The notes under the pieces: model-generated
What the model saw: the letters and a program-made list of their open reading frames with translations, nothing else
The model's database searches: none
Told to the model about the DNA's origin: nothing
NCBI GenBank assembly: GCA_910585155.1
Contig: CAJUEC010000005.1
Coordinates: 9,059-73,058, forward strand
Reading direction: 5' to 3'
Source of the DNA: an uncultured Oscillospiraceae bacterium
Lineage (GTDB): Bacteria; Bacillota; Clostridia; Oscillospirales; Oscillospiraceae
DNA length: 64,000 nucleotides
Position numbers and translations under genes: made by a program
Part shown: piece after piece, positions 47,774-58,137 of the stretch
Layout of the letters: each line of letters opens with the position of its first letter
Numbering within the stretch: position 1 is the first letter of the stretch

Positions 47774-49324
47774 TCAGCGCCTATGGCCCGCGTCCTGGCT
47801 GCCGGCCAGCTCCGCCTGGAAATCGGCGGCGGTCCGCTTGGCGGCGGAAATTTTCTCCCAGCTGTCCAGGTACTCCCTGGCGTACTTGGGGTTGCTCAGC
47901 CGGACAATTCTTCCCTGGTCCGGGTCCACCAGCTTGGTGATCCCCCCGGCCCCCAGGGACAGCACCGATTGGAGCTCCTCCATCATCACGATATTATAGA
48001 CGCACACCGCCCCCGGGCGGGCCCAGCCCACGTTCTCGAAGGAGCCGGACATGTACTTCTGCCGGTACAGATAGTAGGGGACGTACCCCGCCCCCCGCAG
48101 CCGGTCCGCCGCCAGAGCCAGCATGGCCTCCACCGTACCGGGGGAGCACAGCGTGCCCCCCGCCTCCGTGAGGCTCTCTTCGGTGAGCCGGGAGCCCTTT
48201 TTCAGCGCCAGGGTGTGCACTGTGATGTTGGCCGGGCCCATGGCCAGCACCTGGTCCAGGGTGCGCCCAAAGCCCTCCTCCGTGTCGGTGGGCAGCCCGG
48301 CGATGAGGTCCATGTTCACCAGAGCGCCAAAGCGCTCCCCGGCCAGGGCCATGGCCTCCGTGATCTGGGCGGCGGTGTGGGCCCGGCCCATGGCCCGGAG
48401 CACACTGTCCTCCATGGTCTGGGGGTTGATGGAGATGCGGCGGATGCCGTGGTCCCGCAGCGTCTCCAGCTTGTCCGGGGTGATGGTGTCCGGCCGCCCG
48501 GCCTCCACAGTGAACTCGGCGCACCCCTCCATGGGCAGACAGTCCTCCACAACGGACAAAAGCTTGTGGAGCTGGGGGGCGCTGAGGGTGGTGGGGGTGC
48601 CGCCCCCCATGTAGGCACAGGAGATGTGGAGCCCCCGCTCCCGCAGCAGTGCGCCGGCCAGCTCCACCTCCCGGCACAGAGCGTCCACGTAGGGCTCCAC
48701 CAAGGCCAGCGCACCCTTTACGTCCGAGGAGATGAAGGAACAGTAGGCGCACCGGGTGGGGCAGAAGGGGATTCCGATATAGAGGGCCAGGCCGTCCTTC
48801 CGCAGCCTCTTCCGCACCGCCAGCGCCGCCTGGGCGCACTCCACCGCCAGCGCCGCCCGGGGCGGAGAGACGTGATACTCTTTGCACAGCTCCCACTCCG
48901 CCTGTCTGGCCGTCCTGCCCGCCAGCATGGCCTTAGTGGGCAGCTTGACGGGCCGCACCCCGGTGAGGGAGCCCCAGGGCAGCTCATACCCCAGCAGGGC
49001 GGTCCCCGCCTTGTAAAAGGCCTGCTTCAGGGCGTGGGACACAGTATGGTACACCTGCTCCGGCCCCTCGTCCAGCTTCTCCGCGGAGAAGCTGGTCACG
49101 CCGTTTCGGAGCTGATCCCCCCGCTTTGCCAGCACGCTGATACTGGCCTTTACCCTTCCCCGGCTCAGGCCGATGAGAATACCCTGGCTGCCCTCCAAGT
49201 CTGGCGGCGTCTCCGGGTACTCCGGCTTTTCCCCGGGAAATAGGGTGAGCAGCATCTGCTCAGCGGGGTAGCGGTACCGCTCCGGCTGCCAGGGCCAGTT
49301 GTGCTCGGCGAACCAGATCTTCAT
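47774..49324 (-). CDS. hemZ: HemZ-type radical SAM protein
   Basis: PWGSLTGVRPVK, YIGIPFCPTRCAYCSF, EAGRPD, PYYLYRQK. Confidence 0.9.
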   Translation of the reverse strand: MKIWFAEHNWPWQPERYRYPAEQMLLTLFPGEKPEYPETPPDLEGSQGILIGLSRGRVKASISVLAKRGDQLRNGVTSFSAEKLDEGPEQVYHTVSHALKQAFYKAGTALLGYELPWGSLTGVRPVKLPTKAMLAGRTARQAEWELCKEYHVSPPRAALAVECAQAALAVRKRLRKDGLALYIGIPFCPTRCAYCSFISSDVKGALALVEPYVDALCREVELAGALLRERGLHISCAYMGGGTPTTLSAPQLHKLLSVVEDCLPMEGCAEFTVEAGRPDTITPDKLETLRDHGIRRISINPQTMEDSVLRAMGRAHTAAQITEAMALAGERFGALVNMDLIAGLPTDTEEGFGRTLDQVLAMGPANITVHTLALKKGSRLTEESLTEAGGTLCSPGTVEAMLALAADRLRGAGYVPYYLYRQKYMSGSFENVGWARPGAVCVYNIVMMEELQSVLSLGAGGITKLVDPDQGRIVRLSNPKYAREYLDSWEKISAAKRTAADFQAELAGSQDAGHRR

Positions 49325-49953
49325 GACCCCATTGCCCCGCGCATGCAGTAGTTGGACTGCCGCTCCCGCTCCAGGGTGGACTGCCCCTCATGGCCGGGGA
49401 GCACCCGGTAGTCCCCCTCCAGCTCCCCCAGCCGCCTGAGGGATTTCATAATCTGTCCCTCGTCGCCGCCGGGGAAATCGGTGCGGCCCATGGACCCGGC
49501 GAAAAGGGTGTCCCCGGTGAACAGCACGTCCTCCGCCTGGAGGGTCACCGACCCGGGGGTGTGGCCGGGGGTCTCCAGCACCTCCACCTTCACCCCCGCC
49601 ACGTCCACCACGTCCCCCTCCTGGTAGGGAGTGATATCCCCAAAGGAGCTGACGGTGGGGAAGGCCTGGCCCAGCAGGGACAGGGTATCCTCTCCCTCGT
49701 GTATGTCGGCGGGGTGGCAGTACACCGGCAGGTCCGGCCACTCCTCCCGCAGGCCGGGTATGCCCAGAATGTGGTCGAAGTGTCCGTGGGTGAGCAGGAC
49801 AGCCTCTGCTTCCAGCCCCTTGTCCACCATCCACCGGGCCACCTGCTCCCCCTGGTCGCCGGGGTCCACAATGCCGCACTTGTATCCGCCCTTCCGGCGG
49901 AAGACATAGCAGTTGGTGCCGATCTGCCCCAGGCGCAGCACGCTGATCTCCAT
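49321..49953 (-). CDS. MBL-fold metallo-hydrolase (glyoxalase II-like)
   Basis: THGHFDH, TPGHTPGS, GDTLF, PGH. Confidence 0.92.
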   Translation of the reverse strand: MEISVLRLGQIGTNCYVFRRKGGYKCGIVDPGDQGEQVARWMVDKGLEAEAVLLTHGHFDHILGIPGLREEWPDLPVYCHPADIHEGEDTLSLLGQAFPTVSSFGDITPYQEGDVVDVAGVKVEVLETPGHTPGSVTLQAEDVLFTGDTLFAGSMGRTDFPGGDEGQIMKSLRRLGELEGDYRVLPGHEGQSTLERERQSNYCMRGAMGS

Positions 49954-49973
49954 AAAATCACCTCGTTGTTTTA

Positions 49974-50168
49974 TTATTCCAGCTCCTTGGCAATCAGCGA
50001 CCCGGCGATCTCAAGGGCCTTGATGCGCCGCTGCGCCAACGTGATCTGGGATTTGTACCGTTCCGGGTCTTCCTTGGCCTGTAAGGTTTTCACCGTCTCC
50101 CGCAGCTTATGCAGGGTGGAATCAATCTGCCGTTTGGCCTCGGCAAACTCCTCTTTTGTGTGCTCCAC
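49974..50168 (-). CDS. Small helical hypothetical protein
   Basis: AAGGAGG RBS and GTG start; 64 aa. Confidence 0.65.
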   Translation of the reverse strand: MEHTKEEFAEAKRQIDSTLHKLRETVKTLQAKEDPERYKSQITLAQRRIKALEIAGSLIAKELE

Positions 50169-50193
50169 GCCTGGTCGCCTCCTTTTTTGATTC

Positions 50194-50223
50194 AAAAAGG
50201 CCCCCGGCGGCGCCGGGGGCCTC
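50194..50223 (-). terminator. Terminator after jag
   Basis: GGCCCCCGGCG-G-CGCCGGGGGCC with a flanking A-run (U-run on the minus strand). Confidence 0.8.
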
Positions 50224-50227
50224 TGGA

Positions 50228-51055
50228 TCACTGCTTGCCGGGGTCGTAGGCCACCACGGTCCTCCGGTTGGGCTCGGTGCCGGTGGAGAAGGTGGATACC
50301 CCGGGGTAGTCCTGGAGGGCGGTGTGGATCACGTGGCGCTCGTAGGCGTTCATGGCCTCCAGGGTGATGTTCCGGCGGTACTTCACCACCTTGCCCGCCG
50401 TCTTGCGGGCCAGGCGGTTCAGCGACTCCTCCCGGCGGGCGCGGTAGCCCTCGGCGTCCACGTGGATGCGCACCCGGTGGCTGCGGCCCTTGTTGACGGC
50501 GTAGCCGGTGAGCTGCTGGATGGCGTCCAGGGTCTCCCCCCGGTGGCCGATGAGGGCGCCCATGTTCTCACCCTCCAGCACCACTTGATAGGTATCTCCC
50601 TCCCGGGTGACCATGGGGGTGGCCTCCACTCCCATGTGCTGAAACAGCCCGGTCTGGAATTTGACAATGGCGGCGGCCGCGTCGCCGTCCGCGGCCTCAG
50701 CCCGAGGGGAGGGGGCCGCCTTAGGCGCGGGCTTTTCCGCCTTGGGCGCGGGCCGGGGAGCCCGGGGAGCGGGCTGGGGCCGGGGCTCAGGCCGCTCGGC
50801 CCGGGGGGGTTTGGGGGGCTCGGGCTGGGGGGCGGGCTTTGCCTCCGCCGGACGGGCGGGGACGGGCTGGGGCTCGTCGGGGGCCTCGTAGGTGAGCTTC
50901 ACCTTGGCGGGCACGGAGCCGATGCCCAGAAAGCCGGTCTTGCCCCGCTCCAGAATCTCCACGGAAACATCGTCCCGGTCAAGCCCCAGGTGGGCCAGAC
51001 CCTTGGCGATGGCCTCGTCCTCAGTTTTGGCGGTGAATTCCATGTATTTCAGCAT
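50228..51055 (-). CDS. jag: RNA-binding protein KhpB/Jag/EloR
   Basis: Jag-N (AKT.DEAI, GFLGIG), KH (LIGHRGETL), R3H (ERHVIH). Confidence 0.95.
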   Translation of the reverse strand: MLKYMEFTAKTEDEAIAKGLAHLGLDRDDVSVEILERGKTGFLGIGSVPAKVKLTYEAPDEPQPVPARPAEAKPAPQPEPPKPPRAERPEPRPQPAPRAPRPAPKAEKPAPKAAPSPRAEAADGDAAAAIVKFQTGLFQHMGVEATPMVTREGDTYQVVLEGENMGALIGHRGETLDAIQQLTGYAVNKGRSHRVRIHVDAEGYRARREESLNRLARKTAGKVVKYRRNITLEAMNAYERHVIHTALQDYPGVSTFSTGTEPNRRTVVAYDPGKQ

Positions 51056-51098
51056 GGGAACGCACTCCTTTGTCACATGTTGTTATGGTTTTGAATTC

Positions 51099-51260
51099 AG
51101 GAAGGACTGATTCAATGCGTCTGCGGTATCTTGTGGAAATTTTGCGTCATAATTTTGTTGCGATTTCTTGAAATAAACACAATTATTCCCGCGAAATCGC
51201 GCCGCATTCTGGCGCAAAATTTTTTACAACCTACTCTTGCCGATTGAATCAGTCCTTCCT
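51099..51260. repeat. MITE-like element, family C copy 2
   Basis: Perfect 18-bp terminal IR AGGAAGGACTGATTCAAT (51099-51116 / 51243-51260); 28-nt core shared with 23028-23055. Confidence 0.8.
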
Positions 51261-52555
51261 TAGGTCTCCTCGCTGTCCTCCGCGTAGGCCTCCTCATAAT
51301 CCCCGCTGTCCTCCGCGGGGGCCTCCGTCTGGGGCTGCTTCTCCTGGGGGGCCGGCGCCGGGCCGGACTGGGCGGTGATCTCCTTCTCCTCCTCAGCGGG
51401 CTCCGCAGGCTTCTCCTCCACCGGCTTGGCGGGTCCGTTGGGGTCCCAATAGGGGGTGATGGGGTAGCGGTTGGGGTCATAGGCCCGTCCCCGGGCATAG
51501 GCCCGCAGGCCCTCCCGGCTGGCGGTCAGGTCCACACCGGGCTCCTGCTTCTTTTTCTGCTGGCCCTTCCGGGGGTCCTTGCCGGCGGCGATGGCGGCGG
51601 CCTTCTTCTCCGCGGCGATGCGGCGGCGCTCCTTCTCGGCCTCCTTGGCCCGGGCGGCCTGCTCGGCCATCTCCTTCTGGGCGGCCTCGTAGTCCTTGCG
51701 GAGAATCCGCCCGCAGATAACCTCCTGCACCATGCCCAGCAGGGAGTTGGCGATCCAGTAGATACACAGGCCGGCGGGCATGGCAAAACCGATCCACAGG
51801 GAGATGACGGGGCTCATGAGCATGAGGGACCAGTTCATCTTGGGGGCGGGCTGGTCCTTGTTCATCTGGTTGGTCTTCTGCATAATCAGGCTGGACAGCA
51901 GGGACACCAGCGCCGAGATGATGGGCAGCAGGAACAGCCCCACGGAGTTGATGCTCACGCCCCCCTCCCAGAACTTCAGCTGGGGAACCTGGGACAGGTC
52001 GATGCCGAAGAAGTTGAAGTTGATGGCGAACATGCTGGCGGCGGACACCCCGGTGGCCGCGGCGGCGGCCTTGGCCGCCTCCAGATTGCCGGCCTCCATC
52101 ATGGAGCCCAGCATCAGCTCATTGTAGCCCGCCACGGTGAACTCGCCGCTCCACCCCAGGGCGGTGGCAACCGCCTTCACCGCGTCCTCGGTGAGCCACA
52201 TCATGTACTTCAGCGGCCGGCGGATGATGGCGTACAGGGGATACAGCACGATAATAGGGATCATTTGCCAGCCGCAGCCCCCCATGGGGTTGACGTTGTT
52301 CTCGGTGTAGAACTTCTGGACCTCCTGGTTATACCGCTCCTTGTCGTTGCCGCAGCGCTTTTGGATCTCCTGGAGCTGGCCGTTGAGCAGGTTCATTTTG
52401 ATCGCGCTCTTCTTGCCCTTCAGGTTCAGGGGGAAGAGGACGATCTTCACCACCACGGTGAACAGGAACAGGGCGATGCCGTAGCTGTTGAACACCTGAC
52501 AGAAGGTTTTCAGAATCCAGCTGAACGGCGTCATAAGGATTTGCCAAATATCCAT
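51260..52555 (-). CDS. yidC: Membrane protein insertase YidC
   Basis: YGIALFLFT, NPMGGC, PAGLCIYWIAN; conserved synteny. Confidence 0.93.
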   Translation of the reverse strand: MDIWQILMTPFSWILKTFCQVFNSYGIALFLFTVVVKIVLFPLNLKGKKSAIKMNLLNGQLQEIQKRCGNDKERYNQEVQKFYTENNVNPMGGCGWQMIPIIVLYPLYAIIRRPLKYMMWLTEDAVKAVATALGWSGEFTVAGYNELMLGSMMEAGNLEAAKAAAAATGVSAASMFAINFNFFGIDLSQVPQLKFWEGGVSINSVGLFLLPIISALVSLLSSLIMQKTNQMNKDQPAPKMNWSLMLMSPVISLWIGFAMPAGLCIYWIANSLLGMVQEVICGRILRKDYEAAQKEMAEQAARAKEAEKERRRIAAEKKAAAIAAGKDPRKGQQKKKQEPGVDLTASREGLRAYARGRAYDPNRYPITPYWDPNGPAKPVEEKPAEPAEEEKEITAQSGPAPAPQEKQPQTEAPAEDSGDYEEAYAEDSEET

Positions 52556-52565
52556 GTTTGGCCTC

Positions 52566-52805
52566 CTAAATTCGTTTGATTTTCTTGGGAGGAACGGGGT
52601 CGTAAATAAAGCTCTTCTCCCTGTGGAAGGGGTGGCACCGCAGAACGCGCCACACCGCCAGCAGCCCGCCCTTCACCGCCCCGTGGACCTCCACCGCCTC
52701 CAGCGCGTAGGTGGAGCAGGTGGGGATAAACCGGCAGCAGGGATCCCGATAGGGGGATATGTCCCGCCGGTACCAGCGGATCAGGGCCAACAGCAGCCGT
52801 TTCAC
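52566..52805 (-). CDS. yidD: Membrane protein insertion efficiency factor
   Basis: CRFIPTCSTY, RCHPF, DPVP. Confidence 0.95.
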   Translation of the reverse strand: MKRLLLALIRWYRRDISPYRDPCCRFIPTCSTYALEAVEVHGAVKGGLLAVWRVLRCHPFHREKSFIYDPVPPKKIKRI

Positions 52806-53152
52806 CGGGAGCTCTCCTTTTTCAGCAGCTCCAGCTTGTCCGCCAGCCTCAGGAAGGACCTCTCCAGCTGGCGGTAATCGCTGGAGGCGGCCCGCACCCG
52901 GGCCACCACCACCACGTCCCGGCCCCCCAGCACCTGCTCCTCATGGAGGCGGTAGATCTCCCGCAGACGGCGGCGGACCCGGTTCCGCACCACGGCGTGG
53001 CCCACCTTGGTGGACACGGTGAGGCCCAGCCGGTTTTCCCGCTGGCCGTTGCCCCGGACATAGAGGGCCAGGCGGCTGTCGGCGGCGGTTTTTCCCCGGC
53101 TGTACGTCCGGCGGAACAGATGATTTTCCTTGAGCGATACGGTTTTTTTCAT
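52802..53152 (-). CDS. rnpA: Ribonuclease P protein component
   Basis: RLGLTVSTKVGHAVVRNRVRRRLRE (RNR motif). Confidence 0.96.
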   Translation of the reverse strand: MKKTVSLKENHLFRRTYSRGKTAADSRLALYVRGNGQRENRLGLTVSTKVGHAVVRNRVRRRLREIYRLHEEQVLGGRDVVVVARVRAASSDYRQLERSFLRLADKLELLKKESSR

Positions 53153-53251
53153 ACGACCTCCGTTTGGGCGGCACTTTTGGGCCAACGAGGACAGGGGCGA
53201 GGGAAAAGCTCCCGCGCCCCAAGTCGTATCGTTATCCCAATGTGTGCGCCA

Positions 53252-53386
53252 TCAGTGGCTCAGACGGGCGCGGCCCTTGGCGCGGCGCCGGGCCAGAACC
53301 TTGCGGCCGTTGCTGGTGGCCATGCGCTTACGGAAGCCATGGACCTTGGAGCGCTGACGCTTCTTGGGCTGGTAGGTACGAACCAT
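53252..53386 (-). CDS. rpmH: 50S ribosomal protein L34
   Basis: [20 protein letters not shown]. Confidence 0.98.
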   Translation of the reverse strand: MVRTYQPKKRQRSKVHGFRKRMATSNGRKVLARRRAKGRARLSH

Positions 53387-53493
53387 GCTGGAACACCTCC
53401 TGTATAGTTTGGCGGCTGATCCCGGGGGAGCGCCGCTCTCCACAACGCCTGCCGGCGTGGTTGGCACTTATCGCGCATAATCGCGTATCAAGG

Positions 53494-53522
53494 ATTATAC
53501 CTTTATTTCTTTGATCTGTCAA
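53494..53522 (-). promoter_or_regulatory. rpmH promoter
   Basis: Consensus TTGACA-17 bp-TATAAT on the minus strand. Confidence 0.88.
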
Positions 53523-53682
53523 CAAAAAATCGGCAATATTCTTTTTTCTCCCGGCGGGCACAAGATATTGTGCTTATTTCTTCGTCCCGGCTGATTTCGC
53601 CAAAAAAAGCAGAGATTCCAGCTCCCACCCCGCCAACGCCCGCGGATTGTGCCACCTTTATAAAAAAGAATTGGAAAAGCAC

Positions 53683-53711
53683 TTGTCTGGGACAGTATTT
53701 TTTGGTATAAT
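53683..53711 (+). promoter_or_regulatory. dnaA promoter
   Basis: TTGTCT-17 bp-TATAAT with TG extension. Confidence 0.8.
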
Positions 53712-53752
53712 ATTCTGGTTATGATATTTCGAATTTTAGGAGGCTTCCGCCC

Positions 53753-55072
53753 ATGAGATCGGCTGCCGACGTCTGGGAAAAAGTAAAAAGCCTGATGGAG
53801 GGCAGCATGACCGCCGTCTCCATCGACACCTGGTTTGGGGATGTGGAGGCCGTGGCCCTGGAGGACACCCGGCTGGTGCTGTGCGTGCCCACCGACTTCA
53901 AGCGGAACATCATCCGCACCCGGTTCCAGTCCGGGGTGGAGGCGGCACTGAAGGAGCTGTTCTCCTTTGACGTGGACGTGGCTCTGCTCCTCCCGGAGGA
54001 GCGGGACGTCTACACCCGCCAGGCCGCCGCCCCCAGCCCCGCGGGGGGGGACGCGGAGCGCTACACCTTTGAGCGCTTCGTGGTGGGCTCCACCAACCGT
54101 TTTGCCTTCACCGCCGCGGAGAAGGTGGCCGACGAGCCGGGGGGGGCCTACAACCCCTTGTTTATCTATGGCCAATCCGGCCTGGGCAAGACCCACCTGC
54201 TCCACGCCATCTCCAACCGGGTGCGGAAGAACTACCCCGGCTATCGGATCATGTACGTTCAAAGCGAGGACTTTGTCAACGAATTCATTAACAACGTCCG
54301 CCGGGGCAAGGATATGCAGGAGTTTCGGGACAAATACCGGCAGGTGGACCTGTTTCTCATGGACGACGTGCAGTTCATCGCGGGCAAGGACTCCAGCGAG
54401 GAGGAGCTGTTCCATACCTTTAATACCCTGTACGAGCAGCGCAAGCAGATTGTGTTCACCTCCGACCGGCCTCCCCACGAGATGCTCCGGCTGGAGCAGC
54501 GGCTGCGCACCCGGTTTGAGCAGGGCCTGCCCGCCGACATCCAGCCTCCGGACTATGAGACCCGGGTGGCCCTGCTGAAGAACAAATCCCTGGAACGGGG
54601 CATCTCCCTGCCTGACCCGGTGCTGTCCTACGTGGCGGACAACATCACCTCCAATGTGCGGCAGATCGAGGGCGTGGTCAACAAAATCATGGCTTTCCAG
54701 GAGCTGATGGGGGCCCAAGTGGATGTGGAGACTACCATCCGGGCGGTGCGGGACATCCTGCGGGCCAAGGAGAATTTTCTCCCCTCGGCAGACACCATCA
54801 TCCAGGAGGTGGCCCGGTTCTACGAGCTGGACGCCGCCGCCCTCCGGGGCCAGAGCCAAAACAAGGAGATCAGCACCGCTAGAAACGTGTGCATGTACAT
54901 CATCCGGGAGATGACTCAGCTCTCCCTGGCGGAGATCGGCCAGCAGTTCGGCGGCCGCCACCACTCCACGGTGCTCAATTCCATCAACCGGGTAGAGAAG
55001 ATGATGAAGGACCAGCCGGAGCTCACCGAGATCATCCGGGACATCACCAACGCGGTCAATTCCGCCTATTGA
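53753..55072 (+). CDS. dnaA: Chromosomal replication initiator DnaA
   Basis: YTFERFVVG, YNPLFIYGQSGLGKTHL, DDVQF, domain IV. Confidence 0.98.
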   Translation: MRSAADVWEKVKSLMEGSMTAVSIDTWFGDVEAVALEDTRLVLCVPTDFKRNIIRTRFQSGVEAALKELFSFDVDVALLLPEERDVYTRQAAAPSPAGGDAERYTFERFVVGSTNRFAFTAAEKVADEPGGAYNPLFIYGQSGLGKTHLLHAISNRVRKNYPGYRIMYVQSEDFVNEFINNVRRGKDMQEFRDKYRQVDLFLMDDVQFIAGKDSSEEELFHTFNTLYEQRKQIVFTSDRPPHEMLRLEQRLRTRFEQGLPADIQPPDYETRVALLKNKSLERGISLPDPVLSYVADNITSNVRQIEGVVNKIMAFQELMGAQVDVETTIRAVRDILRAKENFLPSADTIIQEVARFYELDAAALRGQSQNKEISTARNVCMYIIREMTQLSLAEIGQQFGGRHHSTVLNSINRVEKMMKDQPELTEIIRDITNAVNSAY

Positions 55073-55079
55073 GGCGCCG

Positions 55080-55320
55080 CCGGAGGCCGCCCCCCTGAAC
55101 AAGAGGCCCGTAGGGTCCCCTTTTTGATATCCATATCTTCCACATTTCTGCGGACTGTGGTGTGGAACCATGTGGAAATGTTTTTTTGCCCCCATCCCGC
55201 CGTGAAGGCTGTGCAAATTTTGTGGACCCCCTTGCGGACGGCCAAACTCCTGATATTTCCCGCTTTTCCAGGTTTTCCACATCTTCCGCAGCCCCTATGG
55301 ACTACTGCGAAAAATAAACC
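55080..55320. other. oriC (dnaA-dnaN intergenic region) with DnaA-box-like motifs and a putative unwinding element
   Basis: Several (C/T)TTCCACA / TGTGGAA motifs; tandem TTTTCCACA-TCTTCCGCA, then GCCCC and TAT/TAC trio-like triplets at 55273-55308, resembling the B. subtilis unwinding layout. Confidence 0.8.
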
Positions 55321-55355
55321 TCCCTCTCCTAGGAGCGGGAAGAAAGGAACCCCTT

Positions 55356-56477
55356 ATGAAATTTTCCTGCGAGAAGGCAATCTTACAGTCTGCCGTCACC
55401 ACCGCCGGCCGGGTGGTCGCCTCCAAAAGCTCCATCCAGGCCCTGGAGGGCATTCTGGTAGAGGCGGAGGCCGGAAGCCTTCATCTCAGCGGCTACAACC
55501 TGGAGACAGGGATTGTCACTAAGGTACCCGCCGAGGTGGAGGAAAACGGAGCCATCGTTCTGTCCGCCCGCCTGTTTGGAGAAATTCTCCGGCGTATGCC
55601 GGATGATGTGGTGTCCATCCAGACCACCGCCTCCTGCTCTGTCCACATCCAGTGTGGACCCACCTCCTTTGATATCATGGGCAGCAGTGATGAGGACTTC
55701 CCTGAGCTGCCCTCCGTCAGCGACGGCAAAGGGTTGGCTATCGCCCAGGGGGATCTTCGGGCTATGATTGCCCAGACCATCTTTGCCGTCAGCGATAATG
55801 AGAGCCGGCCCATTCACACCGGCGCCCTCTTCGAGACCGACGGAGAGCGGCTGACCATGGTTGCGGTGGACGGCTACCGGCTGGCCCTGCGCCGGGAGAA
55901 GCTGATGGGGCAGGAGGCCCCGGATCCGCTGTCCTTCGTGGTCCCCGGCGCGGCCCTGAACGAGGTGGAGAAAATCTGCGCGGATTCAGATGCGCCGGTG
56001 GCGGTCACCCAGGGGGAGCGCCATGTCACCTTTGAAATCGGAGACACTCTGCTGGTGGCCCGGCGGCTGGAGGGGGAGTTCCTCAACTACCGCCAGACCA
56101 TCCCCCAGAACAACTCCGTGGTGCTGGAGGCGGAGGCCGCCGACCTTCAGCGGTCCATCGACCGGGCCTCCCTCATCATCAACGACAAGCTGAAGAGCCC
56201 CCTTCGGTGCAAATTTGAAGACGGCTCCCTGTCCATCACCTCCAAAACCGCCATCGGCTCCGCCTTTGACCGCTGCCCCATCTCCGGGGACGGCAAGGGG
56301 CTGGAGATCGGCTTTAACAACCGCTTTCTCATGGAGGCGGTGAAGGCCGCCCCCGCCGACCGAGTGCGGCTGGAGCTGAGCACCGCCACCTCCCCCTGCC
56401 TGATCCTGCCCCAGGAGGGGGAAGGGGATAACTTCCTTTATATGGTGCTTCCGGTGCGTCTGCGGGCGGCGGAATAA
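55356..56477 (+). CDS. dnaN: DNA polymerase III beta clamp
   Basis: [16 protein letters not shown]; follows dnaA. Confidence 0.97.
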   Translation: MKFSCEKAILQSAVTTAGRVVASKSSIQALEGILVEAEAGSLHLSGYNLETGIVTKVPAEVEENGAIVLSARLFGEILRRMPDDVVSIQTTASCSVHIQCGPTSFDIMGSSDEDFPELPSVSDGKGLAIAQGDLRAMIAQTIFAVSDNESRPIHTGALFETDGERLTMVAVDGYRLALRREKLMGQEAPDPLSFVVPGAALNEVEKICADSDAPVAVTQGERHVTFEIGDTLLVARRLEGEFLNYRQTIPQNNSVVLEAEAADLQRSIDRASLIINDKLKSPLRCKFEDGSLSITSKTAIGSAFDRCPISGDGKGLEIGFNNRFLMEAVKAAPADRVRLELSTATSPCLILPQEGEGDNFLYMVLPVRLRAAE

Positions 56478-56490
56478 GAGGAGATTATCA

Positions 56491-56703
56491 ATGGAAGAGC
56501 AGCGTGTGAAAATTGAGACGGAATATATCAAGCTGGATGCCCTGTTGAAATTTTCCGGCGCGGCGGAGACCGGAGGAGAGGCCAAGCTGGCCGTTCAGGA
56601 GGGAGAGGTCAAGGTCAACGGCGCGGTGTGCACCCTGCGGGGCAAAAAGCTGCGCCCCGGGGACCGGGCGGAGTGGAATGGCCTGGTTCTGGTGGTGGAA
56701 TGA
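56491..56703 (+). CDS. yaaA: S4-domain RNA-binding protein YaaA
   Basis: [23 protein letters not shown]. Confidence 0.92.
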   Translation: MEEQRVKIETEYIKLDALLKFSGAAETGGEAKLAVQEGEVKVNGAVCTLRGKKLRPGDRAEWNGLVLVVE

Positions 56704-57809
56704 CGGTCAATGAGATCACCCTGGACTTTTTCCGCAACTACGCCCATGGGGAGGCTGTTTTTCACCCTGGGGTCAATGTGATCGTGGGGGAGAACGCCCA
56801 GGGCAAGACCAACCTGCTGGAGGCCGTGGCCTACCTGTCCTCCGCCGCCTCTCACCGGGCCCGGTATGACCGGGAGCTGATCTGCCAGGGGGTGGACCAC
56901 GCCTTTCTCAAGGCGGGGGTCACCAGCCGGGGGCGGGAGATAGTGCTGGAGGCGGACCTCCACCGGGGGACCCGGCGCCAGCTGCGCTCCAACGGGGTGC
57001 GGCTGAAGACGGCGGCGGAGCTGTCCGGCATCCTGAACACAGTGCTGTTCTGCCCCGAGGATCTGTATCTCATCCGGGAGGGGGCGGAGGCCCGGCGGCG
57101 GTTTCTGGACAGCTGCATCTGCCAGCTCCGGCCCCGGTATGCCCAGGCTCTGGGGGAGTACCGGCGGCTGTACCAGCACAAGACCCGGATTTTGAAGGAC
57201 AGTGAACGGTATCCCTCCCTGCTGGAGGCCCTGGATGACTTCTCCCTGCGGATGGCCCAGTGCGGCGCGGTGATCGTCCACTACCGGGCCCACTTTGTCA
57301 AGCGCCTGCGGGAGGCGGCTCCTGCCATCCATGCCGACTGCTCCGGCGGTCGGGAGCGGCTGGAGCTGCGGTACGAGACGGTGTCCGCCGTCACCGACCC
57401 GGAGGCCCCGCCCAAGGTTCTGCTGCCCCAGCTGCTGGCCCATCAGGAGGCCCACCGGCGGGCGGAGCTGGAGGCCCGGTCCTGCCTGTCCGGCCCCCAC
57501 AAGGACGAGCTGGCGGTGGAGATCGACGGCAGCCCGGCGAAGAGCTACGCCTCCCAGGGGCAGACCCGGACGGCGGCGCTGGCGCTGAAGCTGGCGGCCC
57601 GGGACATCTTTCGGCAGGACACGGAGGAATGGCCGGTGCTGCTGCTGGACGACGTGCTCAGCGAGCTGGACCAGCGGCGGCAGGAATTTGTTTTGAACCG
57701 CATCACCTCAGGGCAGGTGTTCATCACCTGCTGCGAGGAGGAAAAGCTGTCCCGCCTGCGGGAGGGGAAGGCGTTTCACGTCAGAGGTGGGGCCCTGTTT
57801 CCCGTTTAG
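56700..57809 (+). CDS. recF: DNA replication/repair protein RecF
   Basis: [33 protein letters not shown]. Confidence 0.97.
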   Translation: MTVNEITLDFFRNYAHGEAVFHPGVNVIVGENAQGKTNLLEAVAYLSSAASHRARYDRELICQGVDHAFLKAGVTSRGREIVLEADLHRGTRRQLRSNGVRLKTAAELSGILNTVLFCPEDLYLIREGAEARRRFLDSCICQLRPRYAQALGEYRRLYQHKTRILKDSERYPSLLEALDDFSLRMAQCGAVIVHYRAHFVKRLREAAPAIHADCSGGRERLELRYETVSAVTDPEAPPKVLLPQLLAHQEAHRRAELEARSCLSGPHKDELAVEIDGSPAKSYASQGQTRTAALALKLAARDIFRQDTEEWPVLLLDDVLSELDQRRQEFVLNRITSGQVFITCCEEEKLSRLREGKAFHVRGGALFPV

Positions 57810-57856
57810 CGGTCCCCGTATCCTGACCCCCGCGAGGGGAAAAGGAGGCATGGAGG

Positions 57857-58120
57857 ATGTACCTCCATTTAGGCCAAAACGTCATGGTGAGAAACCGGGA
57901 TATCATCGGTATCTTCGATCTGGACAACACCACCTGGTCCTTCCGCACCCGCCGCCTTCTGGAGCGGGCGGAGCGGGAGGGGAGGGTGGCGTCCATCGGG
58001 GAGGACCTGCCCCGCTCCTTTGTCCTGGCGGAGGACCGGGCGGGGACGCCCACGGTTTACCTCACCCCCCTCTCCCCGGCGGCGCTGGCCGCCCGGGCGG
58101 AGCGAAACAGCTTTGAATAG
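57857..58120 (+). CDS. remB: RemB/DUF370 family protein
   Basis: MYLHLG, DIIGIFD, PRSF; recF-gyrB position. Confidence 0.85.
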   Translation: MYLHLGQNVMVRNRDIIGIFDLDNTTWSFRTRRLLERAEREGRVASIGEDLPRSFVLAEDRAGTPTVYLTPLSPAALAARAERNSFE

Positions 58121-58137
58121 ATCAGGAGGATACAAAT

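Noticed and set aside
50690..50880. Pro/Ala/Arg-rich repetitive stretches in jag (also yaaT and yidC tails)
   Set aside because: Ordinary low-complexity linkers with no discrete repeat unit
53390..53485. Possibly structured rpmH 5' leader as a novel riboregulator
   Set aside because: Only GC-rich hairpins in a single sequence; no comparative support available here
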